From Lama guanicoe (taxonomy: Eukaryota), in assembly GCA_013239625.1 (NCBI GenBank), contig MU053520.1, forward strand, positions 1,021,103-1,085,102: a stretch of DNA of 64,000 nucleotides, given 5' to 3'. Position numbers and translations under genes: made by a program. This document shows positions 11,000-26,299 of this stretch, piece after piece; the stretch's first letter is position 1; each line of letters opens with the position of its first letter. The notes below the pieces were generated by a model. It ran no database searches. It was not told where the DNA came from and saw only the letters and a program-made list of their open reading frames with translations.

Positions 11000-11277
11000 T
11001 CTGATTGGACAGATTGGGTGTCCAGTTGTCATGGCAATTGTCAACCACCATGGCACTTGTGAGTGTGTCATTTAGTTATGCTAATATATTACAACAAGTG
11101 CATAATGAGGCTCAGGGTCTACTGGAAGTCAAATCTTCTCCCATCTTGGGCCGAATTGATTCTAACCAGTTCTTGTTTTCCTTTCTGCAGCCTCCTCCTA
11201 AGACTTGGATAAGAGTAATTTGTTTCCATTTGAGGGAGGGGCAGGGGTATGATTTGGGGGCAACAGCTTTGGTAACA
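11000..11277. mobile_element. LTR fragment (ERV1-like)
   Basis: It ends in ggtaaca (reverse complement tgttacc) and has LTR-like internal motifs; family not assigned. Confidence 0.55.
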
Positions 11278-11279
11278 AT

Positions 11280-11445
11280 ATGATGGGTTAATGTAGGTTC
11301 ATCAATTGTAACAAATGCACCACTCTGGTAAATGATGTTGGTAAAGGGAAAGGATATGCATATACAATGGGAGACAAAGTTATATGAGGAATATCTACCT
11401 TCCTCTCACTTTTGCTGTAACCATAAGACTGTTCTAAAAAAAAAA
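11280..11445 (+). mobile_element. Old L1M 3'-end fragment
   Basis: tgtaggttcatcaattgtaacaaatgcaccactctgg ... followed by an A-tail, as recalled for L1MC-type 3' ends. Confidence 0.7.
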
Positions 11446-11489
11446 TAGTCTTAAAACACACACACACACAACACAGATGACATACCAGA

Positions 11490-11900
11490 ACTGGCATTTT
11501 ATAAAAATTATTTGGCACTTTGTCCACTGAAAAGTGGAATCTAATTCCACAACCATTGGGTCTGGACTGGCTTTAAAGACTTGCTTAACCAGTGATGGAA
11601 GGAATGTTCCAGGATTGCTGAGGTTACGTTGTAAGAAACCTTGCAGCCTGGTGTCTTGGAATACTTGCTTTTTTAGTCTTGAGTAAGAAGTGCAGCTCCC
11701 CTGAGGCTGGCATGCCAGAGACATGACAGCAGAGAAAGAGAGAGACAGGGATGCTCTCCAGATGTTTCAGCCCCCAGGTGTGTCTCCATATGTCCTTGAG
11801 CAGAGACAAGTCTCCCTCGCTGTTAGTTAAATGTCTAAATTTCTGACCCATAAAAACATGAGAAATAAATAAGAGAAGAGTTGTTGTTTTAAGCTAAAAA
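11490..11900 (+). mobile_element. MaLR (MLT1-type) LTR relic
   Basis: It has gacttgcttaacca and ctaaatttctgacccataaaaacatgag..aataa..ttgttgttttaagc, a typical MLT1 3' end. Confidence 0.65.
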
Positions 11901-14900
11901 TTGGAGGTTCAAGTAGGTAATTAATTTCTTTGATGTCATACAAATAGTAAAGAGAATGACCAGCATTTGTACATAGCCACATCTTGCACCTCTCATGCCC
12001 TTTTTACTGACACTTTTCATATCTAGCCTCCATATTTACATAATATACTATTTTTGCTTATGGATTTCCGATTCTCAATTTTGTGACATTTACTGAGCAC
12101 CCAATAGACTTGAAAAACAGCAGTTTTCTAGACTCTCATTAGAAATGCCATTTGTATTGGTATTTGGAGCCGAGCAGAGTTCAAAGCATATCGGGAAACA
12201 GAACAGTGTCAGATAATCTTCCTTATGCCTCAGCTGCTCTCCAACTACATGATGATCAGAAATTCTCAATAATTAGGGCTTCAAAAATACAAAAGAGGCA
12301 ATGTAATGTATAAGAAAAATGTTTAAATCTTGACATGGATGGAAGTAAAACATCATTTCAGGCTAAAAGAAGGGGAAGATTTACAAAGGGAGTTGATTTA
12401 TATAGTTTAATGTGGTAATAGCAACAGACTTCTATAGTACTTTATAGTTTATAAAGTTATCCAAAATATAGACGGCATTTTGATTTGTTAATAGTTGGAA
12501 AACAAAACTAGTAATAATGGAAAAAAGAATAACTGAAGTCACTTTTAAAGGAAGTTGGTTTTATCAAGTTCCTTTTAGTTTTCAAAATAAATTCATTAAA
12601 GGGAGTTATTGAGCTTATCTTTCCAAATATCGAATACATCATAATGTATCCTTATTTGATTAACTTAAGTTTTATTCATCCCCAGCTTGAAGTCATATAT
12701 TAAGCAAGATAACATGGGAAGGACCTAACCTATTTCTATAATAATCATTATATTTGTACTTTTCTGGGCATTTGACCCATTTTAATTATTGTAATTAACA
12801 TAAATGCAATATATATGAACACTACTCTGATTTATTATTTAGAATGTGATGAGTCAGCATTAACCAAGCAGGGTTTAATTGGGCGAGGGGAGACACAGTA
12901 CACTGACCCTCCCATGTAGCATGGGTAGGGTGCTCCTGTTTATCAAGAAGGCCATAAATTAAACAAGAAGCAAGGGGAGTGTAAGGGCACAAAGTATTCA
13001 CACCACATGAGCTGACTTCCTCCAGAAGATTATACTTCTACATAAACTATAAATAACGCACACGGATGTCTGTAAAGTCTGGAGACAATTCACCTCCTTG
13101 CTGAAAAATAACATATGAGAAGAAATTAGCCTTCCTCTACTTCAGCTGTTAGAGGATTTTCTGCTTCAGACTATGAGCGTGGGGAGGACTAAGGGCAAAA
13201 GCCAATGCACAAAATGATAGAACACGAAGGAAAAAGCATTATTCAGCTTCTGAAACCATCAACTCTGGGACCACCTGCCTCTGATCTTCTTGATGTGGGA
13301 GATAGTAAGTCCATCATCACTGAAGTCATTCTTAGTCAGTTTTTCTGAGCATGTAGTGAAAAGCATCACAATGGATATAGTATATCTAAGGAAAATAATT
13401 TTAAACTATTTTACTAAGAACCTGAGTTTATATAAACTGAAACCTGTATCTGCTACATCTACTTTGTCTTACCGTTTCTACCTACACATACTATATTGCT
13501 AAAAGCTGCTTTGGCTCATGTTCTTTAAAAGTGTGCAATACAAAATTGCTGGCCACAACACCTCTTAATGCTCAGGAATGGCTTTTCTCCTTGCTCCTGC
13601 AATGACTGAGGCAGGCATGACTCTTAGGGAGAAAGGGCCCTATTTTAAGCTAAAGAAGACATCAGCGTACCTTCCAAAATGACTACTACTATATTAAGTG
13701 TTAGAAGAAGAAGAAAAAGAAGAGAGTCAAGAGGGGGCTAAAGGAAAAGGAAAAAGAAGAGGATGAAGCAGGTAGCATATTCCTATTATGTGCCCACTGC
13801 TAAATGTTCCACCAAGACTTTATTGTCTGTCTAGGGTTTTACATTTAACCATTTTCCTTATTCAAGTTACTCAGAAAAATAAAAAGGAGAGGCAGGAGAC
13901 TTCACCCTATGTTCAAGAAGTTTGCAGGCGTTCCTCTTTGATTTGGCAAACAATGATTTGTTCTTTATAGCGTTTTACAATGAATCTTTGTAAAGTAATT
14001 GGGCCGTCTATCAGCCTGAACTAAGTGAAATTATGCACTTTTTAAAATCTAAGTTTACAGGTAAAAGCAGAATGCTAATTAAAATGGCTTATTTATGAGA
14101 AAACATTTTGAAAGCTCCTAATAGCTAATCAATTGAATTAATACTTTATATTTCTGTCTTTAATATTTAGCACTGAAACTACAGTAAGCAAAATTAGTTT
14201 AATTATTTTGTCTTCTGCTGAAGTGGACTAATTCACTTGGTCATGACAAGTATGTAGCTGAATATCATTTATAAATCTCAGTTATTAATTATTCTTTAAA
14301 ACTGAGTATAATTCATCTGAATGTGTGAGAAATACAATGAGAGATACATGGCTGTGCCAAAACATCCTTATTATAGGAAGATATGCTGCCTCTTTATGAC
14401 AATCAATAGAATAACAACAAAGGTAAAATAAAAATTCACAAATTGTTATGTCTGATTAAACTCTGGGATGATTCTCTTATTTATATCTCTTTTGGTTGGA
14501 GAGCATGATTTCAAGCTCCTTGAAGTCAGGAAACTTATATTTAACTCTTAATCCCTCACATTTCCTAAACTATGCCTCACAATGTAAGTTAACATCTAAG
14601 TATTTATGAGTTTAATTGGATCTACAATTAAGTAGTTATGAGTTTATGTAGTTGTATAATAATCAAGATTATTAATTAGCCAGCAAGAATCTTGAGACAA
14701 GGCTATAATAAGAGAAGATGAGGTATCAGTCAAATTGCAAATACAATTCTTAGGCATAATTCAGCTCAAGTATGCATAATTTCTGACTTTTTAAGAATCC
14801 TTTCAAATAATTGTTCTGTTTTAAATATATGAATCATAAACAAGAGATTATGCTGTTACCTTTGTCCTGAATCCTCTTTCAAGTTTCAGGTTAAATGTCA

Positions 14901-15884
14901 TTTCTTTAGATTATTTTTTTTTGATTGCTTAAAGTAGGTTAGATTATTTTTATTAAATACTATCAATATCACATATTGCTTTGAATAAATACAAATCCCA
15001 ACAGTACATGTATATTTATTCATGTAATTTGTTTTCCTCAGTAGATTGTAAGCATTCTGAGAGCTCACACCACAGCTTTCTTGTTTCTGGCTCTGTCCCC
15101 AACTACTGCATTATTTTTTCACCTAGGTTAATACATATAACATATTCATATATAATGTCTAAGAATCTTTTTTTTGTTTGTTTTTTATAATAGTTAATTT
15201 AAAAGATGACATTTTGTCCTGTTTCATGGCTACAGTATTTCTTTCTTATTTCTCCATAGACTTTTCTTTTAAAAAAAATGTTTTGCTCTGTTCCAAGCAT
15301 TGGCCCTGTTTACTCTGATTTCATATTTTGTTTAGCTGCACATTTGTTTGCTTTGATCTTTTTCTTATAAAACTCTTTATTTAGATGGTTGGTGATCATT
15401 GGCTCCTAGTCACAACTAAGAATGTACCTTAGAAGCAAGACACTAAAAAGTTGCTATGGAGCTCTGTATGTTTTGGAATAATCTTAGTCAGCAGGAAGGC
15501 TGCATGAACGGGTAAGTGAATGCTGACCCCGTATTGTCAGTATCTCTTTGTATTTACTCTTAGACTGGCTTGCTTTCCCAGAGAACAAGCCTTCAATCTC
15601 CTGTCTGAGGTAGCATAGTAGTAGAAGGCATTAACATGACTGGCAACATGTCAGTGGCTGACAGGATAAGGGAAACTGGGCACATCATTATTCCTTATTT
15701 AGAGTTGCAAGTAATCTGCCTTTTTTAAAATACCATATTGCTTCATTTGATATTCATCTTTGCCAAGGGTTCCCTGAACCTCAGTGGTTAACCAGAGACC
15801 AATCATCAATTTTTCTATCATGTTGAGAGAAGTTGCCTGGCCTCAGTGGGACAAGATCTGGGCACCTATTTGTTCTGTATAAAA

Positions 15885-17030
15885 ATTTGCATCCAATTAA
15901 ACTTAAAATATTTTGCACAGCGAAAGAAACCATAAACAAAATGAAAAGACAAGCTATGGAATGGAAGAAAATATTTGCAAATGATGGAATCAACAAGGTA
16001 TTAGTTCCCAAACTATACAAACAGCACATACAGCTTAATATTTAAAAAGTAAACAATCCAATCTTTGTAGATCTAACAGACATTTCTACAAAGAAGACAT
16101 ACAGATGGCCAACAGGCACATGAAAAGATGCTCAACATTGTTAATTATTAGAGAAATGCAAATCAAAACTAAAATGAGGTATCACCTGATACCAGTCAAA
16201 ATGGCCATCCAAGAAGTCTACAAATAATAAATGCTAGAGACGGGGTGGAGGAAGAGGAATTCTCCTACAATGTTGATGGGAATGTAAATTGCTGCAGCCA
16301 CTACGGAGAACAGTATGGGAGTTCCCTAAGAAACTGAAAATAGGGTTACCCTATGATCCAGCAAAGCCACTCCTGGGCATATATCCAAAGAAAACCCTAA
16401 TTCAAAGAGATAGTGCACCCCCAATGTTCATAGTAGCACTATTTATAATAAAGATATGGAAGCAACTTAAATGTCCATCGACAGATGAATGAATAAAGAT
16501 GATGTGGTATATATCTTATATTAAATGTCATATATTAAAATACAACAGAATATTATTCAGCCATAAAAAAGAATGAAATAATGTCATTTGCAGCAACATG
16601 GGTGAACATAGAGATTATCATTCTAAGTAAAGTAAGTCAGACAAAGACAAATATCATAAGATAGCACCTATATGTGAAATCTTAAAAAAATGATACAAAT
16701 GAACTTACTTACAAAACAGAAATAGACTTCATAGACATAGAAAAAGAAAAAGAAAAACAAAAACAAAAACAAAAACAAAAACTATGGTTACCAAAGGGGA
16801 AAGGGGAGTGAGGGGTAAATTAGGAGTTTGGGCTTAACATATATCCACTACTATATATAAAATAACCTACAAGGGCCTACTGTGTAGCATGGGGAACTAA
16901 GGGAATTACACTCAATATATGTAATGAACTTTAATGGAAAAGAATCTGAGAAAAAATGAATTCTTTGCTCTACACCTGAAACTCACACAACATCATAAAC
17001 CAACTGTACTTTAAGAAATAATAAATAAGT
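15885..17030 (+). mobile_element. 5'-truncated LINE-1 3' end
   Basis: KLKIFCTAKETINKMKRQ and QPLRRTVW..LPYDP motifs, an L1 3'UTR and an A-rich tail; no convincing TSD found. Confidence 0.93.
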
Positions 17031-19798
17031 AAACGTGCACCTAATTTTTCACTTTTGGACCCACACCTCACTACCTGTGACCACTGTACTCCACGGTATT
17101 TCTAATTCTTTAGGCTCTCCATGCTTCTGTTCTGTAAATCTCCTTGTATCTTTGCGGATTTCCACAGATGAGCTGTGGGCAATTGTTTTACAACACTTCC
17201 TGCTCTTTTTTTCTCCCATGTGCTTTCAAAATGTTGTGGATATCTCTCATCTCCTGAAAGCTTCTCTTTTTTATTTGTCAGTTTATATATCTTTGTTTTA
17301 TCTGAAGCTTTAAAGGAGAAAAGAAATGATGCATGTTTAATCTGCTGTATAATCTGCCATGTATAGCCAGAACCTGCCTCTATCTTCTCTCTTTCTCCAT
17401 CACGATCATCTAAATCAATAGTTTCTTAGGAAAGATTCACATCAAAATCACTTGGGAAGATTTTTCAATACTCTGTGAGCTCTGGGAAGCATAGTTTTAT
17501 ATAACTAAGTTATTTACATGCACATTTCCAGTGAAACACTACTAATTCTGGTTATCTGTTAGCTGGCTCAGGTCATTAATAATATAACTACGGATTTGTA
17601 AGTAAACTTACACTTTAACACATGTCTCCACCATCATCTCATTTGATACTCCCACCAGCACCTGTTTTTCTTGACTATCTAATAGTTAATATCCTTCATC
17701 CTTTCTTTCCTCATGATAGAACCACATTTAAAAAAAAAAAAAAACATGATCAAGGAAGGTGGTCCCTCTACAGTCCCTGCAAGTGAATGATGATAGCTAA
17801 ACTAAGCCAGTCATGGTCCTTCCCTTCTTCTCCAGTGAACTGTTATCCCTGGGTGTGTGTGCTACAGACCTGGTGAATGAAAGGCAAATGCCTCGAGGTT
17901 TCTACAGGGTACACATTTTTCCTCCCTGGTAAACATAATTGGGTAAAATTACACAGTTTTGCCTTTGGCTCTTGTCATAAGGAAACAACCACCATTGGTG
18001 CTGTAACTGGTGCTGAGATCATGAAGGGAAAGCTAAGAAGTCGACTAGTAGCCTTCACACCACTATGCTACAAACTCCGTGAACCCTGGAGTCATCTACT
18101 ACCAGACTGGTTGTTACATGACATGATGAGTGTCTGTAGTTTTAAAGCCAAAATCCATTAGCTATTCTGTTATTAGAAGCCCCAAATCTGCTACTGATAT
18201 ACTGAACACTCTCATTAATATTTACAAAAATATAATACTCTAAAATATAGTTGCTTCCAGTCATTTCAATTTAAATCTGGGTCTATTCAACTTGATTTAA
18301 ATATCCTGGATTGAAACTAAAGGGCATAGAAGTTTTTCTTAGGTTTCTTAACTATAGTTACTTGATCATCCTTGATAAACTGCAATACTAGGTTTAGTTA
18401 ATGTGAGGATAATGAGAAGAAGGAATGAGGTCATTTTATGAAAAGTATCTCTTCTGAACTAATAAGAAGATACCCTACTATTGCTATTTTTAAGGCTGGA
18501 ATGTAAAGCTCCCTTGTCTTAGCTGACACCTGACAACCACTAATACACCAGGTGTCAATTGTTTTGTGGTGGTTTTGTCACAGTTTGACTTAATTAGCTG
18601 TTTTTATCTTATTAAACTCCATATCATGCCCAAACACTGAGAAAGTTCTGTGCCTATGAAAAGGTGTTGAATTGTTCTGCTGACTCTGTGTACTGCTGAG
18701 TGCTGGTTGTGGGGAACAGGAGGAGAATGGGAAAAGTGAAGTCCTGACAGCTCTGCTGAACTCCTTGAACCAAGGCACTACCCCCTGTGCCAGCTGCACA
18801 GTGGAAATGTTTGAGGACTTTCTTAAGTGCCCTCCAGACTCATTGGAACATTTGGAAAATCAGGCTTTTTAATGAGACTCAAGTCTTGTCACTCTATGAA
18901 TCCTTTCACAGCACACTTCTTTCAATATTCTGTGGAGTAGTAACCTGAGTTTGTATGATCTGAGTTGTCACTAATAATCATGCCATTGGACCAACCTATA
19001 CCCAATAAGACACTCAGTAGGGATGTGGTGTTTTGATTTCAGCTCTGTAACAGTTTTGTTTCCCAGAAGTGTTCTTTATAGAATGACCCCAACACAAGTG
19101 ATCTGGTATATTTCACCCTCTCACTGGAAAATATTTTCATGAAGAACTAAAGCTTCTCAAAAGGGGTAGAAAGGCAGCCCTGTCAATGACACAGATATCT
19201 ATGTCATTCATTCTTCATTTTTAAAAATCCATTCAGTGATATAACTTAGTAAGTTTTGCCCATATTTACAGATTGTCTGATAACGGGGGGGATAAGGCCC
19301 TTCCTTTGGGGAACCTATGATCTGATTGGGGAGATACAGTTCCTATGTCAGGAGAACCCTCACTCTGCTAGTGATAATAAATCATACATGGAGAGCACAG
19401 GTTTATGGAGTTGAATTTGGGCTAAAAGAAATCCTTAATGGTTTAGCTGAAAATCTACTATATTCTTAAGTTCTTCTCTGATTTTTCTCACATTTTTTTC
19501 CCTCCGTGACTGACCTGCTTATCTGTTCACTAAGGAAACATGAATGGTTCAGGGACTAAGTGTCAGGCATAGCTCTCAGCAATGGACAAGCTATTCCCAG
19601 GCCCACACTGTGAGACCCAACAGCCTAACAGGATGTCAGTCATGAAACAACTGATTGCAGAGCTGCTGTTTTGAAAGGAATGAGGCTCTTACTAGAGCAC
19701 TTTAAAATGTGAGACTGGGAGGGCTTCTTGGAGGAAGGCAAATTAAGCAGGACCTAGAAAGAAAAGGAAGAGACTCCTAGGGTACATACTTACGTTGG

Positions 19799-20085
19799 TG
19801 TTACCTCATACGCAGAGTCTCCGTGGGAGGGAAGGAGCCTTATTTCTATTAAGTACCACTACGCAAACCCAGATGGCCTAATTATGTTGAACACTCAGCC
19901 CCTAATTCCTCTGGTATCCTTCCAAAAGCTTACCCCAAAGTTTAAAAACCCCTCCTGCCTTTTGCTTCAGTGGAGCTGAGTTCAGTCTCTCTCTCTCATT
20001 TCAATAGTCTTCACCTGTACTGCAATAATTTTGAATAAAATCTCCCTTGCCTATTTTCTCCATGCAGTGCATTTTTTCTTTGATG
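19799..20085 (+). mobile_element. LTR relic (ERV1-like)
   Basis: It starts tgttac, has a tttaaaaac TATA-like site and gagctgagttcagtctctct..gaataaa. Confidence 0.55.
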
Positions 20086-21849
20086 TCAAGCATGGGATTA
20101 CAAAGAAAGGAGTATGTTTGAGATCACAAGGCCAAGATTCAAGTCATGTGGCCACCAGGAAAATTGCAAATATTTCTGATCCTTAATTGGTACAATTGTA
20201 AAAGGAGCATAAAAATTCCAACCTAATTATGTCCTTAGAAGCATTAAATGAGATCATGTTGTAAAAGCACCTTGCAAACTGTTGTAGGCTATGCACATGT
20301 GAATTTTATTCTGTTCTCAGCAGCTAATACAGAGCTGAGATGCAGTGGAGCGCAATGGTTGAGCATGTGAACTCTGAGATCAGAGTGACCCTTAGCTCCA
20401 TGGCCTCTCTCTGCCTCAGTTTCTCTAAGTGGAAATGAGGATAATAGAAGTTCCTAGGGTTGTGAGAAACTAAAGGAATTAACTGAGTTCTTAGAATAGT
20501 TTCTGGCAGATAATTAGCACAGGTGAAAAGATAGCCATCATTATTGGCGTATATTAGCATATGTCCACAAAAGTAACTTGGTCTTCCCTCTACTTAAAGG
20601 TATCCGATGGCTTCTCAGTGTTTTTGGTTTAAACCCAGAACTTTCTTGCAAGTCATTCTCCATGATAACCTATGATCTGGTCTGAATGATATTTTTTACA
20701 ACTTCATTCAGGTATAACTGATCTACAGTAAACTGCGTGAATTTAAAATGCAATAGCTGATGATTTTAAAATATTTATGCAGTCATGAAATCACCTAATC
20801 ATATCATTTCACGTATTGTATTATTAAAAGAGTAGGACTCTGGGCTTCGGGTTATGCTTTCACATCACTCTGGACTTCTTTTCTTCTTGCTTTTCCCCCA
20901 CTGCACCCCAGAAATTTTTGCTAGAGTCCTTTTGACTTATCCTTGAGATCAGCTCATGTGTAACTTCTTTAGGGAAGCCCTGCCTAACATCCCAGACTTA
21001 ACCATCTAGTCACATATTTCCCTGGATATTTAATTCCAATGATTTCTCAGTCGTGAACTCCTGTAATTAATATTACATGACTGTTTCATTCTCCCTGACA
21101 GTCTGGAAGCTACATGGTAAATATTGTATTACCAGAGCTGAGCATATAACCCTTTGGCATCTAATTGGAAACGTAGCTTCTCAAGTCTCACAATTGCCTT
21201 TTAACTTTGTGTATATTATTTTGGCCATGCAATTTTTTTCTTTTTAATTTTTATAAAATGAAATATGTCAGTCTTACCTATGGAAATAATTGGTATCTGC
21301 AAGCCAGGCTGTTTCCCATGTACGTGCAGAGCCTCATCCAGGATGCTCTTTGACACCACCTTCTAGGATCCAACCTGGAAAATTTGCTGCCCTGTTTTCT
21401 CCACTGCAGGGGACAACTGCCTTGGTTTGCCTGGGACACGGGGCTTTCAATGTTAAAATCAAGATAGATTTAGACCAATCAGTACTAACTGCCACCCCGA
21501 CTCTCTTTGTATGAGTGGAAGACTGGTTGGAGCTGGGAACAGAGAGAACCCAAGATTCAAACAGATCAGGTCATTATGTTCCCTGAAGTATATGCAAATA
21601 CTACTTAGCCTGACATATAATATACACTCAAAAACTATCTGTTGAATGAATAGATGAATGCCATTTTTACACAAGGTGGATAAGCTTTTGCCGTAAGACC
21701 TCGGAAGCTCTTTGGGAAGTTATGCATCTCAGCATTGACGTCACCCCCAGCACATGGGATGCATAGAACTCAGGACAACGGATATTACTTTCCTTGCTAG
21801 AGAAACTCAATAGGAGTTTTAGGAAGACGTTTAATTACTAGTAACCAAA

Positions 21850-23140
21850 CTATTAAACAACACATTTGGAAATGACACAGAGAAAACATCCTCCCTTTGA
21901 ACAACAATTTCCCACTCCCCATCCCCCTGCCTTCATCTCCTGGCAACCATCACTCAGAGAAATGGTTCTAGGAGTTTGATTATATTATATACCTCATAAA
22001 AGTCCTTCTGTGCCTGGCTTATTTCATTTAGCATAATGTCCCCACATCCATCTATGTCGTTCAATGGTATGAAGTTACAGTTACACAAAATAAGTAAGTT
22101 CTAGACATCAGCTGTTACAGCAGAATGCCTACAGTTTACAAATGGTCTTGAGTATACCAAAAACCTTGTTAAGAGGATAGATCTCAGGTTAAGTGTTCTA
22201 ATTACCAAGAAAAAGATGAAGGGACACAAGAATCTTTTGGAGGTGATGGATATGGACCTGGTTATATGTTTATTACCTTGATTGTGGTGATCGAATTATG
22301 GCTATATGCATATGTCCAAACTTACTGAAATGTATACATTAAATATGTGCAATATTATATATATATTAAATAGGCCTCAACAGAGCTGAACAAAAAGAAA
22401 GAAAACTTTCTCCCCAACCCAAAACTTCAACTTTGATGAGAAGCAAGATATTTACATAGTTTCAATGTATTTCATTGAATTGTATTTCATTATAATTTCA
22501 AAGGAAAAATAAGTAGCTTTATAGGGAATGAGACCAGCAGACTTCATCTGAGATTAATAATCCACGTTAATATCACCAATGATGGGACATGCCTAAACTG
22601 TGTGACACAGGATATGGAAAAAAAAAAAGAAGAACACAGCTTCATTTCATGCTGTTCCTGCCAGAGATTTATAATTTGAATATAATTGTGAAATGTTATC
22701 AGACAAACCAAACTGAGAGACATTCTACAAAATTGTCTGTTTTCTTCAAAAGTTTCAGGGATATAAACGTCAAGGAAAGACTGAAAAGCTGTGACAGATG
22801 GAAGAAGACTAAAGGAACAAGAGAATGAAATGCAAAATGTGTGTATTAATTGGAATCTTTCTGTTGTAAAGAACACTGTTGTGAAAACTGGCAAAACTTG
22901 AATGAGATCTAAGGAGTATTTGGTAACAATATTCCAGTGTTACTGACCTGACTTTGATGTTTACATTGGGTTAATGTGAGAGACTGCCCTTGTTTATTGA
23001 AAATATCCATTAAATATTCTAGTGCAATTAAGTAATATGGCATGTTATGCACAAATCGTTCCAGGAATAAAGTCTTCCTTTATATACGACATTTCTGAAA
23101 GTTTAAGATTTTTTTCTATGTTAAGAAGATTAATTTTTAA
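21850..23140. mobile_element. Cluster of old L1M 3' fragments in both orientations
   Basis: ctggcttatttcatttagcataatgtc (minus); ttttggaggtgatgga..ccttgattgtggtga (plus); further L1M-like 3'UTR sequence to ~23140. Confidence 0.65.
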
Positions 23141-25143
23141 AAGAAACAATTGTGGATGCTCTTTTTTTCCTGTCTCTCTTGAATTGACAGGTGGTCCCCA
23201 GACCATCTTCCTTTGTCCCTCCCTCCTCATTCCCAAAGCACTCACAGCCATTTAAGTGTACACACCTCTTAAATAAAATTGGAAGTAAACAGCACTGGAA
23301 TGGAGAAGGGATGATTTCACAGAAGCACCCACCACATGACATTACTAAAGGTTAGCTCAAATAGAAATTGGAGTCTGGGAACACTTTCCTCAGCCAACTA
23401 TTACTTACAGAATTCTCTTCTAAATTCTGCTGGCCTGGCTTCCTATGAATCTCCTTTACCATCTTTTTCTCTGGTTGCTCTTACCTTCCCAATGTGTGCA
23501 TGTCTTTACATGGATCTCCATACCAGTAGCCCAAATGCCAAACCCATTAGGGATATCCCAGGGCACCCCAACATTGTAACCAAATAGCCCCAGTAAGATG
23601 TATACCTAAATATTTCTATTCCACAAAATAGTTCTGTGGTCAGCTCCCCATATAAGGGCACCTCCCATCAGCTCTCCACTCAAAATTCACTATAAAATGT
23701 GAACAACATAGTGAGAACTTGATAAAATGCTATCAAATTAAATTAATGGTCAGACAGTAGACCTTAAAATTTCTCATCACAAGAATTTATAACTTTGTGA
23801 TGATGGAAGTTAACTATTCTTACTGTGTTGATTGTTTCTCAATACACAAATATTGACTCATTTTGTTTTACAACTGAAACAAATATATGTTATATCTCAA
23901 CTCTATTTCAATAAAAAAATTAAATTAATGAAATTAGAATACTAAAATTGGGGCATTTACCAATGTAACTTCTAGAAATATTGTAAGTTCAGAAACACAC
24001 AGAACTGGATAGAATGAAAGTCTTTTTTGTTTCCCCAGGTTTATTGAGGTAGAATTGGCATATAACATTATGTGAGTTTAAGGCATAACAGTGTGATGAT
24101 TTACTACTTGTGCATCAAAATGTTATAAAACTTTTACCACAATAATGTTAGTTAACACATTCTTTACCTCACACAATGACCATTTTGCTGTTGCTGTTGT
24201 CATGGTGAGAAAATTGAAGTTCTATCATCATAGCAACTTGCAAGTACACAATATAGTATTGTTAAGTATAGTCACTATGCTGTACAGAGATTGCTGGAAC
24301 TTCTTGAAAAGAGGGTGTTCTTTTGTCTGAACACAGGATAAAAGATTTAACTATCTGAATCAATCCATCTATTCAGTGGATTTGTGATTTTGCTTATAAA
24401 CAGAGTAGGCAAGTTGAGATCATTAAAAATAGTCAATCGGATTTTTCTAAGATTTACCCATAGATCATCTGGTATGTGAATTAACTTATTTCTGGGTTTG
24501 CTAGTTGCTTAACTTTGACCCTTTCAGTTAATGAAAAGTAAATATGCTTGTCATCTAATTAATGAGGACATTTCTCTTGTGAATATAGATATTTTTTAAA
24601 TCTTAGATCAATATTTTCCTTGGCAGGCATTCCAGCTACTTAGTTTTATTCCCAGCATTAGTACATGAGCTATTTTAGATAATGTGCACTTGGCATTCAA
24701 TTTCTTGGAATAACAGTTGCCTAACTTTTGTTTAAATTAATTAAGAATTTTAGCAGCATCCTCTGAGTAGTGAAACATGACATGTTTTATATTCAATTTG
24801 GAATAATTATGGACTGAAAAATTTAAAGTAGTCCCGATTTTGTCAGTGACATATCACCAGAGTCTCTTAAAAGTTGCAATAAACAGGGCATGTGAAAAAC
24901 AAAGGGATATAAGTTCCTTAACTTACAATGATAATGAGTATGACAGTTCGCTGACGTAGCTGTAAATCAAATGTACTATAGCCATAAAAAACAGAAAAAA
25001 CCCATACACCATTTGGATAAGATCCTATAATGCTGCTTCCTTATAAAACCTGTGCATACAAATGAGAAAGAGGCATCCATGTTGTCTCCAGGGAATTATT
25101 TGCCCCTGAGCAGAAAAGATAATGATATAACATTGCTGTTTTT

Positions 25144-25555
25144 ATTTTTATTTTCATATTCTTATTCTTTTTCATTAAAGTTTATTACAATGATATTGAA
25201 TATAGTTCCCTGTGCTATACAGAAGAAATTTGGTTTTTAATCTATTTTATATGTTTTTTTAATCTATTTTTATATCTTTTTTTTTACATTTCCAAATCTC
25301 AAACGTCCAAATTGATGCCTCCCCACTCCTTTTCCCCGGTAACCGTAAGATTGTTTACTATATTTGTGAGTCCATAGTTCGGTGCAGTCATTATGGAAAT
25401 TAGTAGCAGGATTCCTCAAAAAAACTAAAAATAGACTTCCAGCAATCCCACTCTTGGGCATATATACAGAGGGAACTTTAATCTGAAAAGATACATGCAC
25501 CCCAATGTTCATAGCAGCACCATATACAATTGCCAAGACATGGAAGCAAGCTAGA
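25144..25555 (-). mobile_element. Short L1 insertion with 5' inversion
   Basis: 25144-25370 is a minus-strand 3'UTR and tail; 25371-25553 is a plus-strand ORF2 end (CTPMFIAAPYTIAKTWKQ). A weak TSD g(c/t)tgttttt lies at 25135-25143 / 25556-25564. Confidence 0.8.
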
Positions 25556-26299
25556 GTTGTTTTTGGGAAACTGCTGTTTTGGTTTCATCAAGTAGGAGTC
25601 AAAACAGGACAATTCCATCTGGGACACATTCAAAATCAGTTAAAAGTAATAAGAAACCAGAAATCACAGAGAACAAATGACATTCCAGGCTACAGAGTTG
25701 AGGAATTGTATTTTCCAACTTCATGTTTATTATCATTGACTGTTTGAAGATTTTCCTTTAACCTAAAAGAAAAAAAATATGGGTCTAGCCTTAGGTTCCT
25801 ACCCAGGTCCTTTTTTAGCAATAGGTCAGGATGCAGGATGGGGTGATGTAAGGAAAGGAAGCTGCTCCAACATTTCAGGCCTTTGATCATAGCTTTAAAA
25901 ATACATTTCCTTCATGTTCTCCAAGTAGAAACATAGTTTTAAGTCTACTAACCGTTCCTTAAGAAGAATATATAATAAATGAGAGCCCCAAATTAATTTA
26001 TCACTGAAAAAAAGCCAAGTGGTAGGAATCAAATCAGATTTCAGTAAAATTAAATCAGGTAGATTTCTTTTTGGTATTATGTTATTACTGAATGAAATGA
26101 CATGCTTTCTTGTTTGTGTTGAAAAGATGCTAATAATAATTGGTTACAAATTAATCTCATTATGCTGTCATTCACATCATATTTTGAAAATATTAAAATC
26201 TGGTTATGGAGCAAAGACACAAATTCAGGAAATAATTAAGAATACTAATATTCATTTTTAAAAGTTTTTTATTTATGCATTTATTTTACAATATCTTGT

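Noticed and set aside
24380..25050. Apparently repeat-free stretch that might be a conserved non-coding element
   Set aside because: Conservation cannot be judged without cross-species alignment.
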